From Gammaproteobacteria bacterium (GTDB taxonomy: Bacteria; Pseudomonadota; Gammaproteobacteria; Magnimaribacterales; TMED112): a DNA stretch of 64,000 bases. The DNA lies in contig JBJLJD010000001.1 of assembly GCA_045563435.1 (NCBI GenBank), positions 2,284-66,283 of the forward strand, read 5' to 3'. Made by a program: the position numbers and the translations under genes. Shown in pieces: positions 26,736 through 36,053 of the stretch. A model generated the notes under the pieces. It saw only the letters and a list, made by a program, of their open reading frames with translations, was not told where the DNA came from and ran no database searches. How positions within the stretch are numbered: the stretch's first letter is position 1; each line of letters opens with the position of its first letter.

Positions 26736-29690
26736 ATGAAACTAAGATTAATTTTAACACTACTTATACCGTTTTTAACGCTATATGTTAGTGCTCAAGA
26801 TTCTGATACTGAAGAAGTAGAAGAAGTCGTTGTAGTTGGTTCACAAATTAAAGGTGCAACCATAACTGATGCTTTACCAGTGACTGTTATATCAACTGAA
26901 GAAATTGAAGGCTTTGGTGTTGATTCTGGTGACGATTTGATATCAAACCTTGCTGAAATGGGTACAAACCAATTTAACCAAGGAGACTTTAATGGTGGTT
27001 ATAACGCCAACAGAGGGGATGTAGGTTCATTTAACTTAAGAAACGTTGGTACAGGTAACACTCTTACTCTTTTAAATGGAAGAAGAATTGTTCCTGCTGC
27101 TGGTTATCATACTGAAACAATTGGTGGTAGTTTAGTACCAGTTCAGTCAGTTAACAGTAACGTTTTACCAGTTTATGGATTAGAAAGAATTGAAATCCTA
27201 AGAGATGGTGCATCTGCTGTTTACGGATCAGATGCTGTTGCTGGTGTTATCAATACAGTTTTAAAGAAAGATTTTGATGGCTTTTCCATGAGAATAAGAG
27301 GAATAGCCTATGATCACTTTGCTGCAGAGGATGCAAAAGTAAGCATACAATGGGGTAGAAATTTTGATGATGGCTCAAATCTTTCTATTTATCTAGATAC
27401 TTACGATAGAGGTAGTATTGCTGGTATTGAAGATCCTAAATGGATGATGGGTGATGCCAGAAATTTATATGCTGATCAACTTGGTGCATTCGCTGATACA
27501 TCTTGGAGAAACTTATCAGCGCAAAGTAAATATGCGCAGTTTTATGTAGGTAATGGTTCTAATGTGTTCTCACTCTACAGACCAGATGACGCATATTGTC
27601 AAAGTGGAAGTGCAACAAACCTATTTACATCTCCAATACAAGACAATGTTTGTCTCTATGATGCTTCAAGCATAAGAACAGAAAATAGAGCTAACTACCC
27701 TATGGAAGGGATGATGAGAAGAGGAGATCTTGAAAGACACAACATGCTGGCATACTACAACACTACACTTGATAACGGTGTTGAAGCTTCTACAGAGATA
27801 GGCTGGTATCAATCAAGTGGTTTCAGACAGCATTATCCAGGTGCTTTCTTAAATTCAGGTAGCGCAAACAGACGAGGTCAAGGAACACAGTCAATAAGAG
27901 TTCCTTCAACAAACTATTACTTTAATCAGTGGGTTAGAGCTGATGGAACAAAATTTGTTGATGCTGAGGATGATTTTCTTTGGATAAGATTCCTAAGATT
28001 TACACAACCTAGATACTACAACCATGAAAGAGAAACATGGAGATTTACTCAAGCATTTGCTGGTTCTTCTGGGAATTGGGACTGGGATACTGGTATAGTC
28101 TTCTCAGAAGCAACTTCTTTGATGGCAAATGGTAACAGAGTTGGTTTGCTTGAATTGGAAGCTGCACTAGCTAAAGATGATCCAAGTGCGTATAACCCTT
28201 TCTGTGCTGGTGTTAATTGTAATGAGGAACAAATTCTTAAAACAATTTACAGAGAAAATACCAGTTCAATGTCTCTAATTGACTTCAAAATGTCTAATGC
28301 TGAGTTCTTTGAAATGCCTCAGTTAAGTGGTGGCACAGCTCCTGCAGGTGTACTATTTGGTATTGAAGTTAGAACAGAAGAAATGACTGACAAAAGAGAC
28401 CCTAATATTGATGGAACAATCGATTGGACTAACAACTTAGGAGCTTCTTGGCCTTATGTCTCAAACATTTCTAACTCAAGTCCATCACCAAATACAAGTG
28501 GTGAGCGTACAGTAACATCTTACTTTGGTGAGCTTCAGGTACCTATTGATGACAGACTTGTTGTTCAAGCAGCACTTCGAGGAGATCAGTTTACCGATGT
28601 TGGTAACTCATTAGTAGGTAAATTTGCGATGGGTTGGGATATTAGTGACTACGTGAAATTAAGAGGTTCGGTTTCAACTGCTTTTGCTGCTCCAAACTTA
28701 ATTTTCATTAACGAAGGTTTAGTTGCTAGATCAAACACTAGAACTGATGCTGTTTACGAGTATTTTTCAAACGTATCTGGAAATCCAATAGCTGATCCAG
28801 AATATCAACTACAAAGGGTTGCTCAAGGTAATCCAGATCTTAAACCGGAAGAGTCAGAAAACCTTTCATGGGGTTTTGTACTAGAGCCAGTTGAGGATCT
28901 TCTTGTGACAGTGGATAGATGGAGAATTACTAAAGAAAATACACTTGGTCTTTTTGGTGAAAACAACCATATGTTGTTAGACCTTTTAATAAGACTTGAA
29001 GGTGGTCCATCAGAGTGTGTGGGTAACCCGCTTGTGGTTAGAACACAGTTTACTGCTGATGAATACACAGCAGGATGGCCAACTAATCTATGTCCAGCTG
29101 GACAAGTTCAAAGAATTGATGATATTTACGTAAACCTTGATACACGTGTAATCGAGGGTACTGATACCACAGTTCAATATAGATTTGATACGGATGTTGG
29201 TAGATTCAACTTTAAGCTTGTGAATGTTCACTACAACAAATATGAACAACAAGCTGGCGGTGATATCGATAAATTAATTGAAGCTGGTAGACCAGGCGGA
29301 TTATTAGATGGAGTTTCAGTTCCAGATGGATTTGCAAATCTAATTGAAAGAAATGGTAACTTTTCTGACAAATGGACTATGAATGCTTCTTGGAGACTAA
29401 ACGATTGGGAAGTTTTACTTTCAGGTAATAAAGTAAGTGGTTTCTATGAAACAGGAAACACTGATCCAGATGGAAACTTCTGGTACTTACCGTCAATGAC
29501 AAGATTAAACTTTACACTTGGTTATAAATTCGACTTTGAGGGTTATGACGCAAGAGTAAGGTTTGGTGTTCTTAACGTTGAAGATGAAAGAGCTCCTCTA
29601 GCTGATGAGTTTTGGTTCTTTTCCTGGAATGATGTCCATAATGACTACGGAAGGAATTATTACTTAGAATTTAGACTACAAGGAAATTAA
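26736..29690 (+). CDS. TonB-dependent receptor
   Basis: Signal peptide from the ATG at 26736 (preceded by AGGGGG), EEVVVVGS TonB box, LLNGRR, ERIEILRDGASAVYGSDAVAGVIN, GNPDLKPEES. Confidence 0.93.
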   Translation: MKLRLILTLLIPFLTLYVSAQDSDTEEVEEVVVVGSQIKGATITDALPVTVISTEEIEGFGVDSGDDLISNLAEMGTNQFNQGDFNGGYNANRGDVGSFNLRNVGTGNTLTLLNGRRIVPAAGYHTETIGGSLVPVQSVNSNVLPVYGLERIEILRDGASAVYGSDAVAGVINTVLKKDFDGFSMRIRGIAYDHFAAEDAKVSIQWGRNFDDGSNLSIYLDTYDRGSIAGIEDPKWMMGDARNLYADQLGAFADTSWRNLSAQSKYAQFYVGNGSNVFSLYRPDDAYCQSGSATNLFTSPIQDNVCLYDASSIRTENRANYPMEGMMRRGDLERHNMLAYYNTTLDNGVEASTEIGWYQSSGFRQHYPGAFLNSGSANRRGQGTQSIRVPSTNYYFNQWVRADGTKFVDAEDDFLWIRFLRFTQPRYYNHERETWRFTQAFAGSSGNWDWDTGIVFSEATSLMANGNRVGLLELEAALAKDDPSAYNPFCAGVNCNEEQILKTIYRENTSSMSLIDFKMSNAEFFEMPQLSGGTAPAGVLFGIEVRTEEMTDKRDPNIDGTIDWTNNLGASWPYVSNISNSSPSPNTSGERTVTSYFGELQVPIDDRLVVQAALRGDQFTDVGNSLVGKFAMGWDISDYVKLRGSVSTAFAAPNLIFINEGLVARSNTRTDAVYEYFSNVSGNPIADPEYQLQRVAQGNPDLKPEESENLSWGFVLEPVEDLLVTVDRWRITKENTLGLFGENNHMLLDLLIRLEGGPSECVGNPLVVRTQFTADEYTAGWPTNLCPAGQVQRIDDIYVNLDTRVIEGTDTTVQYRFDTDVGRFNFKLVNVHYNKYEQQAGGDIDKLIEAGRPGGLLDGVSVPDGFANLIERNGNFSDKWTMNASWRLNDWEVLLSGNKVSGFYETGNTDPDGNFWYLPSMTRLNFTLGYKFDFEGYDARVRFGVLNVEDERAPLADEFWFFSWNDVHNDYGRNYYLEFRLQGN

Positions 29691-29695
29691 TCTTT

Positions 29696-29720
29696 AAGGG
29701 GGCGCAAGCCCCCTTTTTTT
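29696..29720 (+). terminator. Intrinsic terminator
   Basis: AAGGGGGC-GCAA-GCCCCC followed by T7. Confidence 0.88.
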
Positions 29721-31169
29721 ATGAATTACAACGCTGGTTTCTTTATTGGCATTCTAGTATTTTTTGGAATACTACTTTCGCCCTCACCTGATGCATTAAG
29801 TATAGAGGCTTGGCGCACTTTAGCTGTTGTCTTTCTTATGGCTATTTGGTGGGCAACAGAAGCTATTCCCTTGCCCGCTACTGCTCTACTTCCATTAGCA
29901 CTCTTTCCTCTTTTGGGTGTTTTCGGAGAGGGGGTGCTTGCAAAAGATGCCTTTCAAGAGGCTGCCCTACCCTATGCACATAGTAATATTTTCTTATTTC
30001 TTGGCGGGTTTGTTCTTGCTCTAGCAATAGAGAGGGTAAATCTACATAAAAGAATGGCTCTCTCAATGCTGCTAATGGTTGGTAATAATGGAAAACTATT
30101 AATTGGTGGCTTTATGCTCGTCAGTGCATTAATAAGTATGTGGATTATGAATACATCAACAACTTTAATGCTTTTACCTATTGGACTGGCAGTGACAGCT
30201 GTAATTCAAAAGACAGACAAATCATTAGAGGAAAAAGAATTTACAAAATTTCAAACATGCCTTTTACTTGGAATAGCGTATGCTGCAACAATTGGTGGTA
30301 TGTCTACAATCGTTGGTACTGGCCCTAATGTTTTAGTAGTTGGACTTCTTTTAGATGAAGGAATACAAATAGATTTTATTGATTGGATGCTTTTTGCAAC
30401 TCCAATGTCAGCAATTATGCTTTTAGTTGGGTGGTTGATTCTTACAAATGTTATTTTTCCAGTAGATTTTACAAGCAATAAAGAAACAGGAAATGCACTG
30501 AAAAAAATGCATAGCGACCTTGGAAAAATATCGAAAGATGAAAGATTAGTTTTTTATATCTTTTTAGCAACTGCGTTTGCATGGATGTTTAAGAAGGTTT
30601 TAGTGCTAATACCAGGATTCGGAGGTCTTACAGATTATGGTATTGCAATACTTTCCGCCTTATCACTCTTTATTGCAAGATCTTCAAATGGAGGAGGTTT
30701 AATTGAGTGGAACGTAACAAAAAATCTACCTTGGGGTGTGCTTATCCTATTTGGTGGAGGTCTTTCAATGGCTGGGCAAATCAAAAGGACAGGTTTAGGT
30801 GACTGGATAGGAAGTTTCTTTACAACCTTTAGTGATATAAGCCCTATTCTTTTAATACTTCTTGTTGTTGTAATTGTTGTATTTCTTACAGAACTCACAA
30901 GTAACCAAGCAACTACTGCTACTTTTGTTCCGATTATGTTTGGGGTTGCTATGGGCATTGGTTTTGACAAAGCACAAGTTGCAATTCCAGTTGCTCTAGC
31001 AGCGAGTTGTGCGTTTATGCTCCCCGTTGCAACACCACCTAATGCAATTGTTTATGGTTCTGAAAAATTTACTATATCTGAGATGATGAAAGCTGGTTTT
31101 TATATAAACATAATTGGAATTGTTGTAGTAACAATATTTGCCGCATTTGTTTTACCAGTTGTTCTTTAA
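29721..31169 (+). CDS. DASS/SLC13 sodium:dicarboxylate or sulfate symporter
   Basis: WWATEAIPL, SMWIMNT, GGMSTIVGTGPN, LTELTSNQAT and AFMLPVATPPNAIV motifs. Confidence 0.92.
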   Translation: MNYNAGFFIGILVFFGILLSPSPDALSIEAWRTLAVVFLMAIWWATEAIPLPATALLPLALFPLLGVFGEGVLAKDAFQEAALPYAHSNIFLFLGGFVLALAIERVNLHKRMALSMLLMVGNNGKLLIGGFMLVSALISMWIMNTSTTLMLLPIGLAVTAVIQKTDKSLEEKEFTKFQTCLLLGIAYAATIGGMSTIVGTGPNVLVVGLLLDEGIQIDFIDWMLFATPMSAIMLLVGWLILTNVIFPVDFTSNKETGNALKKMHSDLGKISKDERLVFYIFLATAFAWMFKKVLVLIPGFGGLTDYGIAILSALSLFIARSSNGGGLIEWNVTKNLPWGVLILFGGGLSMAGQIKRTGLGDWIGSFFTTFSDISPILLILLVVVIVVFLTELTSNQATTATFVPIMFGVAMGIGFDKAQVAIPVALAASCAFMLPVATPPNAIVYGSEKFTISEMMKAGFYINIIGIVVVTIFAAFVLPVVL

Positions 31170-31170
31170 T

Positions 31171-32874
31171 ATGCAGTTATTTTTAATATTAATTCTGACC
31201 TTATCTGCATGCCTTAGCTCTCAAGATTATTTGGATTATCCACACCCATACCACTCAACAGAGACAACTAAGGGAATGGTTGTGTCTCAGAATTATCTCT
31301 CATCAGATATTGGTGCAGAAATACTCTCTAAAGGTGGAAATGCTGTAGATGCTGCAATAGCTGTTGGGTTTTCATTAACAGCTACCTTACCAAGAGCTGG
31401 AAACATTGGTGGTGGCGGCTTTATGTTAGTTTATGATAAAAAAACAGATAGCATCATTAGCTTTGATTTTAGATCGATGTCTCCAAAATTAGCTGCTCCC
31501 AATGTCTATAAAGTTAATGGAGTTCATCAATATGAACTTTCTGAAGAAGGCTATAAAGCAATAGCTGTGCCAGGCACAGTTGCAGGATTGATAAAAGCAC
31601 ACGAAATGTTTGGCACTATGGAACTGGCAGACTTAGTTAATCCAACCATTGAATTGCTTAAGGAAGGAGTTCCCGTTACCGACGATTTGTATTGGGCAAT
31701 TAACGATACTGAATCATTAAAAAAAGACCCAGAGTCAAAAAAAATATATCTAGCAGATGAAGTTATAAGAGGTGGAAAATTATTCATTGCAGACCTCATT
31801 AAAACAATGGAATTAATTAGAGATTTCGGAAAAGCTGGATTTTATGATGGAGAGAATGCCGAAAGAATAGAAGAAGCAATGATAGAAAATGGTGGGCTCA
31901 TCAGAAAAAACGATCTTAAAGAATATAAAGTTAATGTTGGTAAACCCATTTCTACTACATATAGAGGGCATACTGTATTTACTCAAGGGCCTCCAAGTGG
32001 TGGAGGTGTTGCAGTGCTGACCGCATTAAATGTACTAGAAAATTTTAATTTAACTGAGTTATCACCAAATAGTGGGAAATATTTACACCTACTGGCAGAA
32101 GCAATGAAATTAGGTCATCAAAGTAGATCAAGATATATAGGAGATCCGAACTTTAGCAATATTCCTCTCGAAGAAATTATTTCAAAAGGTTTAGGAGTGA
32201 AAAAGTCAAAAAAAATTAATCTTAAACGTGCCTCCAGCATGGAGAGCATTAATAAATGGGTGACTAGACTGGAAAGAAATTTTAAAGAATCAAAAGACAC
32301 TACACACTACTCAATTATAGACGAAAGCGGTAATGCAGTTTCTGTTACCTATACTCTTGGTTTTTCTTTTGGGTCTGGTGTAACAATACCAGGGACAGGA
32401 ATACTAACGAATAGCCAAATGAATAATTTTGCACATGATTTTGGTGAAATAGGGTCATTAAGAAGAGGTGCATCTCCAGCGAATAAACTTGAGCAGTACA
32501 AAAGACCAATGAGTACTATGTGCCCAATATTAGTTTTTGATAACAAAAATAAACTTAAATTAATTACTGGAAGTCCTGGTGGTTCAAAGATTCCTGATAT
32601 AAACCTTCAAGTTGTGCTGAACGTTGTCGATTTTGGGTTAGATATTGGTGCAGCAACAATGATGCCAAGAATACATCAAGATTATCAATCTGTTGAGATG
32701 GATATTGAAAAATTCCTAAACTTTGACACAAGGAGAATTTTGAAAATTTATGGCCATAAGCTAGAAGAATCAGATACGATTGGGAGCACTCAAAGTATTT
32801 TAATTGATGGTGATAGCAAATATGGTTATGCAGATTTAAGAAGACCGAATGCCAAAGTCAGTGTTCAGAAATAA
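31171..32874 (+). CDS. ggt: Gamma-glutamyltranspeptidase
   Basis: GGNAVDAAIA, GNIGGGGF, VPGTVAG, PPSGGG, autocleavage D|TTHYS and GSPGGS; ATG at 31171. Confidence 0.92.
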   Translation: MQLFLILILTLSACLSSQDYLDYPHPYHSTETTKGMVVSQNYLSSDIGAEILSKGGNAVDAAIAVGFSLTATLPRAGNIGGGGFMLVYDKKTDSIISFDFRSMSPKLAAPNVYKVNGVHQYELSEEGYKAIAVPGTVAGLIKAHEMFGTMELADLVNPTIELLKEGVPVTDDLYWAINDTESLKKDPESKKIYLADEVIRGGKLFIADLIKTMELIRDFGKAGFYDGENAERIEEAMIENGGLIRKNDLKEYKVNVGKPISTTYRGHTVFTQGPPSGGGVAVLTALNVLENFNLTELSPNSGKYLHLLAEAMKLGHQSRSRYIGDPNFSNIPLEEIISKGLGVKKSKKINLKRASSMESINKWVTRLERNFKESKDTTHYSIIDESGNAVSVTYTLGFSFGSGVTIPGTGILTNSQMNNFAHDFGEIGSLRRGASPANKLEQYKRPMSTMCPILVFDNKNKLKLITGSPGGSKIPDINLQVVLNVVDFGLDIGAATMMPRIHQDYQSVEMDIEKFLNFDTRRILKIYGHKLEESDTIGSTQSILIDGDSKYGYADLRRPNAKVSVQK

Positions 32875-34150
32875 CTTTCTTGGCTTTTTCCAATCTTGAA
32901 AGAGCACTTTCCTTTTCTATTAAATAAATTGTTGAGCTGAGATGTGGAGAATTTTTTCTTCCTAGTAAAGCTACTCTTATTGGAAGACCAATCTTAGGCA
33001 TAGGTAAATTCAAATCCTCTAGCGCTTTATTTATGATTAATTCAAAAGATTCTTCGCTCCAATCGTTAATTCCTGCGAGTTCAGATAAAAAGAAGTCTAT
33101 GACATCTCCTGATTCTAATAAATGTTTTTTTAAATCATCCTCATTGTAATTCTCAAAAACATTAACAAAAGGCAGAATAAACTTAGAAATTTCACTTAAA
33201 TTATTGCCACTGGTTACACAAAGTCGAATTAATTTTTTTGGATCATGATGATTTGATAGATCAAAATTATTCATTTCATTAAAAGGCTTAATTAATGTGA
33301 TTAATTCCTCATCTGTGAGAGATGAAAGATGATGTTGATTTACAAAATTCAATTTACCTATATCGAATATTGCTCCTGAACGAGAAACATCTTTAATATC
33401 AAATGTGTTAATAATTTCTGAAATTGTAAAAATTTCTTTATCACCTTTTGACCACCCTAATCTAGTCAAAGTATTCTTTACCGCTTCAGGAAGATATCCT
33501 AAATTTTTATATGCCATAAGATCTGTAGCTGCATGTCTTTTTGATAATCTCTTTTTATCCTCGCCAAGAACAAGGGGCAAATGTGCATATTGAAAATCCT
33601 CATAGCCTAATGCATTTACTATTTGTATTTGTTTTGGCGTATTTGGCAAGTGATCCTCTCCTCGAATGATGTGAGATACACCTTGAGAGTTGTCATCTAT
33701 TACATTACAAAAATGATATGTTGGTGATCCATCACTTTTTAAAATTACTATGTCATCTAATTCACTATTAAGAAATTCGATATCTCCATAGACTAAGTCC
33801 TTAACAAGAGTTGAGCCTTCTCTTTCAACCTGTAATCTTACAGCTCCTTCATCCTCATATGCCTTTCCTAAATCCACTAATCTAGTGGCCTCTTCCTTGT
33901 AAATATCAAACCTTTCGCTTTGTTTAATAGGTTCAAAATCAGGATTTAAACCTACCCAATCTAAACCCTCCATAATAGCTTCGATAAACTGCTCTTCAGA
34001 TCGCTCTTTATCAGTATCCTCTATACGTACTAGGAATTTCCCTTGATTTTTTTTTGCAAAAATATAATTAAATAAAGCAGTTCTAACGCCTCCTATATGT
34101 AAATATCCTGTAGGGCTTGGTGCAAACCTTGTTACTACTTCCTTTACCAA
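32858..34150 (-). CDS. gltX: Glutamate--tRNA ligase
   Basis: TRFAPSPTGYLHIGG (HIGH), RIEDTD, IIRGEDH and KRLSKR (KMSKS). Confidence 0.95.
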   Translation of the reverse strand: MVKEVVTRFAPSPTGYLHIGGVRTALFNYIFAKKNQGKFLVRIEDTDKERSEEQFIEAIMEGLDWVGLNPDFEPIKQSERFDIYKEEATRLVDLGKAYEDEGAVRLQVEREGSTLVKDLVYGDIEFLNSELDDIVILKSDGSPTYHFCNVIDDNSQGVSHIIRGEDHLPNTPKQIQIVNALGYEDFQYAHLPLVLGEDKKRLSKRHAATDLMAYKNLGYLPEAVKNTLTRLGWSKGDKEIFTISEIINTFDIKDVSRSGAIFDIGKLNFVNQHHLSSLTDEELITLIKPFNEMNNFDLSNHHDPKKLIRLCVTSGNNLSEISKFILPFVNVFENYNEDDLKKHLLESGDVIDFFLSELAGINDWSEESFELIINKALEDLNLPMPKIGLPIRVALLGRKNSPHLSSTIYLIEKESALSRLEKAKKVISEH

Positions 34151-34842
34151 TTTATTTCCTGCTTGCTTTTCTTAGATAATAGTTTTAAAAATTTTTCATG
34201 TTCTGTTTGGTCATTCTCATCAATTGTTATTTGTGAGACATCAAATTCAACTTTTATATTTTGATTTTGTGTTTCTTTAACTTCCTGCATTGTATTATTC
34301 AAATCCAAAGAAACCTGTCCTCCAGTCATATTTAAATATGTATCTGCGAGAATTTGAGCATCTAATAATGCTCCATGGAACGTTCTATCGTACCCTTTAA
34401 TATTCAATCGTTTTGACAGTGCGTCTAGGTTATTTCTTTGTCCAGGGAACATTTCTTTTGCCACAACTAAAGTATCATAAACACTACATATATCTCTTAT
34501 GTCTTTTATTTTTGATTTAGCTAACTTTAATTCATTATTTATAAAACCGATGTCAAATTGAGCATTATGAATGATTAGCTCAGACCCTTTAACAAAGTTT
34601 ATAAAATCATCTACAATATCTTTGAATAGAGGTGCTTCCTTTAAGTCTGAATCATTGATATTGGTAATTTGTTTTGCACCCTCACTTATTGCTTTACCTT
34701 CAGGATTTAAATATGTTTGAAAAGTCGCTTTGGTTTTTTCTCTATCTAAGATTTCTACTGCGCCAATTTCAATTACTCTATCGCCTGATTCTACGTGTAA
34801 GCCAGTTGTCTCAGTATCAAACGAAATTAGTCTACGAGACAC
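34144..34842 (-). CDS. dnaQ: DNA polymerase III epsilon subunit
   Basis: ExoI DTETTG, ExoII HNAQFD, ExoIII HGALLDA. The GTG at 34842 overlapping the rnhA stop is preferred; the longer ORF-track start lies inside rnhA. Confidence 0.93.
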   Translation of the reverse strand: MSRRLISFDTETTGLHVESGDRVIEIGAVEILDREKTKATFQTYLNPEGKAISEGAKQITNINDSDLKEAPLFKDIVDDFINFVKGSELIIHNAQFDIGFINNELKLAKSKIKDIRDICSVYDTLVVAKEMFPGQRNNLDALSKRLNIKGYDRTFHGALLDAQILADTYLNMTGGQVSLDLNNTMQEVKETQNQNIKVEFDVSQITIDENDQTEHEKFLKLLSKKSKQEINW

Positions 34843-35266
34843 TATCGACTCCTTTATTCGCAAGGAAATCTGCTTTTTCATTTCCTGGGTCACCGTCATG
34901 TCCCTTGACCCATGTCCATGTAACATTCAATGATTTACTTGCTTCATCTAATTGCATCCAAATTTCTTTATTTTTAACAATCCTTTTATTTGAGTTTTTC
35001 CAGTTATTCTTTTTCCAGTTCTCCATCCATTCAGTCATGCCTTTTTTTACGATATTTGAATCTGTAAATAGTTCAATGTGCTCATTTCTATCCTTCAAAT
35101 AAATAAGAGCTTCAAGAGCCGCTTGCATTTCCATTTGATTGTTTGTAGTTGAGGGATTGCCACCATAAAGTTCTTTCTGCTCATTTCCATCAAATATATA
35201 TACGCCCCATCCTCCAGGTCCGGGATTGCCCCTGCAAGCTCCGTCTGTGTATACTTTTATAGACAT
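34832..35266 (-). CDS. rnhA: Ribonuclease HI
   Basis: YTDGACRGNPGPGGWG, TTNNQME and WVKGHDG..GNEKAD. Confidence 0.96.
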   Translation of the reverse strand: MSIKVYTDGACRGNPGPGGWGVYIFDGNEQKELYGGNPSTTNNQMEMQAALEALIYLKDRNEHIELFTDSNIVKKGMTEWMENWKKNNWKNSNKRIVKNKEIWMQLDEASKSLNVTWTWVKGHDGDPGNEKADFLANKGVDSVS

Positions 35267-35283
35267 AGTTAGATTATAAAGTA

Positions 35284-36012
35284 ATGAAAATATTTCACAT
35301 ACCTGCTTTTACAGATAATTACATTTGGTGCATCCAAAAAAACAATAAACTTGCTGTAGTAGATCCAGGCGATTCAAAAGAGTTATTAAATTTAATAAAA
35401 GATAATGATTTGATTTTAGAAGATATCTTGATAACGCATCATCATTTTGATCATACAGGTGCTCTGGAGGATCTTCATGAGCTAGTGAAAGGAAAAATTT
35501 ATGGTCCCAAGCAAAGTAATAAATTTATAAATAAGTTTGTATCAGAAAATGATGAAATAGAAGTTCTTGGAAATAAATATAAAATTTTTGAAACACCAGG
35601 ACACACTTTGGATCATGTCAGTTATTATTCGGAAGAAATTAATTCAGTTTTTTGTGGGGATACCCTTTTTTCGGGTGGATGTGGAAGAGTTTTTGAAGGT
35701 ACATTCAAACAACTGCATGATTCAATACAAAAACTCAATTCCTTGCCGGAAAGTACACTTATTTACGCTGCACATGAATATACTGTATCGAATTTAGAGT
35801 TTGCATATTCTGTTCACAATGACGAGATAATTTTAGAGAATCTTAATCATTCAAAGAAATTATTATCAGAGGGCAGAATTACCCTTCCAAGTGTACTCTC
35901 ACTGGAAAAAAGAATTAATTTATTCTTACTAGAAAACAGACCAGAATTTGCTAAATCAAAACCTGATTTAGAGTGGTTTACAGAATTAAGAGAAAGAAAA
36001 GACTCTGCCTAA
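35284..36012 (+). CDS. gloB: Hydroxyacylglutathione hydrolase (glyoxalase II)
   Basis: PAFTDNYIW, THHHFDH, TPGHT, GDTLFSGGCGR and AHEYT; synteny with rnhA and dnaQ. Confidence 0.95.
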   Translation: MKIFHIPAFTDNYIWCIQKNNKLAVVDPGDSKELLNLIKDNDLILEDILITHHHFDHTGALEDLHELVKGKIYGPKQSNKFINKFVSENDEIEVLGNKYKIFETPGHTLDHVSYYSEEINSVFCGDTLFSGGCGRVFEGTFKQLHDSIQKLNSLPESTLIYAAHEYTVSNLEFAYSVHNDEIILENLNHSKKLLSEGRITLPSVLSLEKRINLFLLENRPEFAKSKPDLEWFTELRERKDSA

Positions 36013-36038
36013 AAAAAAGGCCTCCGAAGAGGCCTTTA
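36011..36038 (-). terminator. Intrinsic terminator of the TBDR (likely bidirectional with gloB)
   Basis: Minus strand AAAGGCCTC-TTCG-GAGGCC followed by T8. Confidence 0.88.
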
Positions 36039-36053
36039 AAGAATGTATCAATA

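Noticed and set aside
34843-34926. N-terminal extension of dnaQ
   Set aside because: It lies inside rnhA; homology begins at the GTG at 34842.
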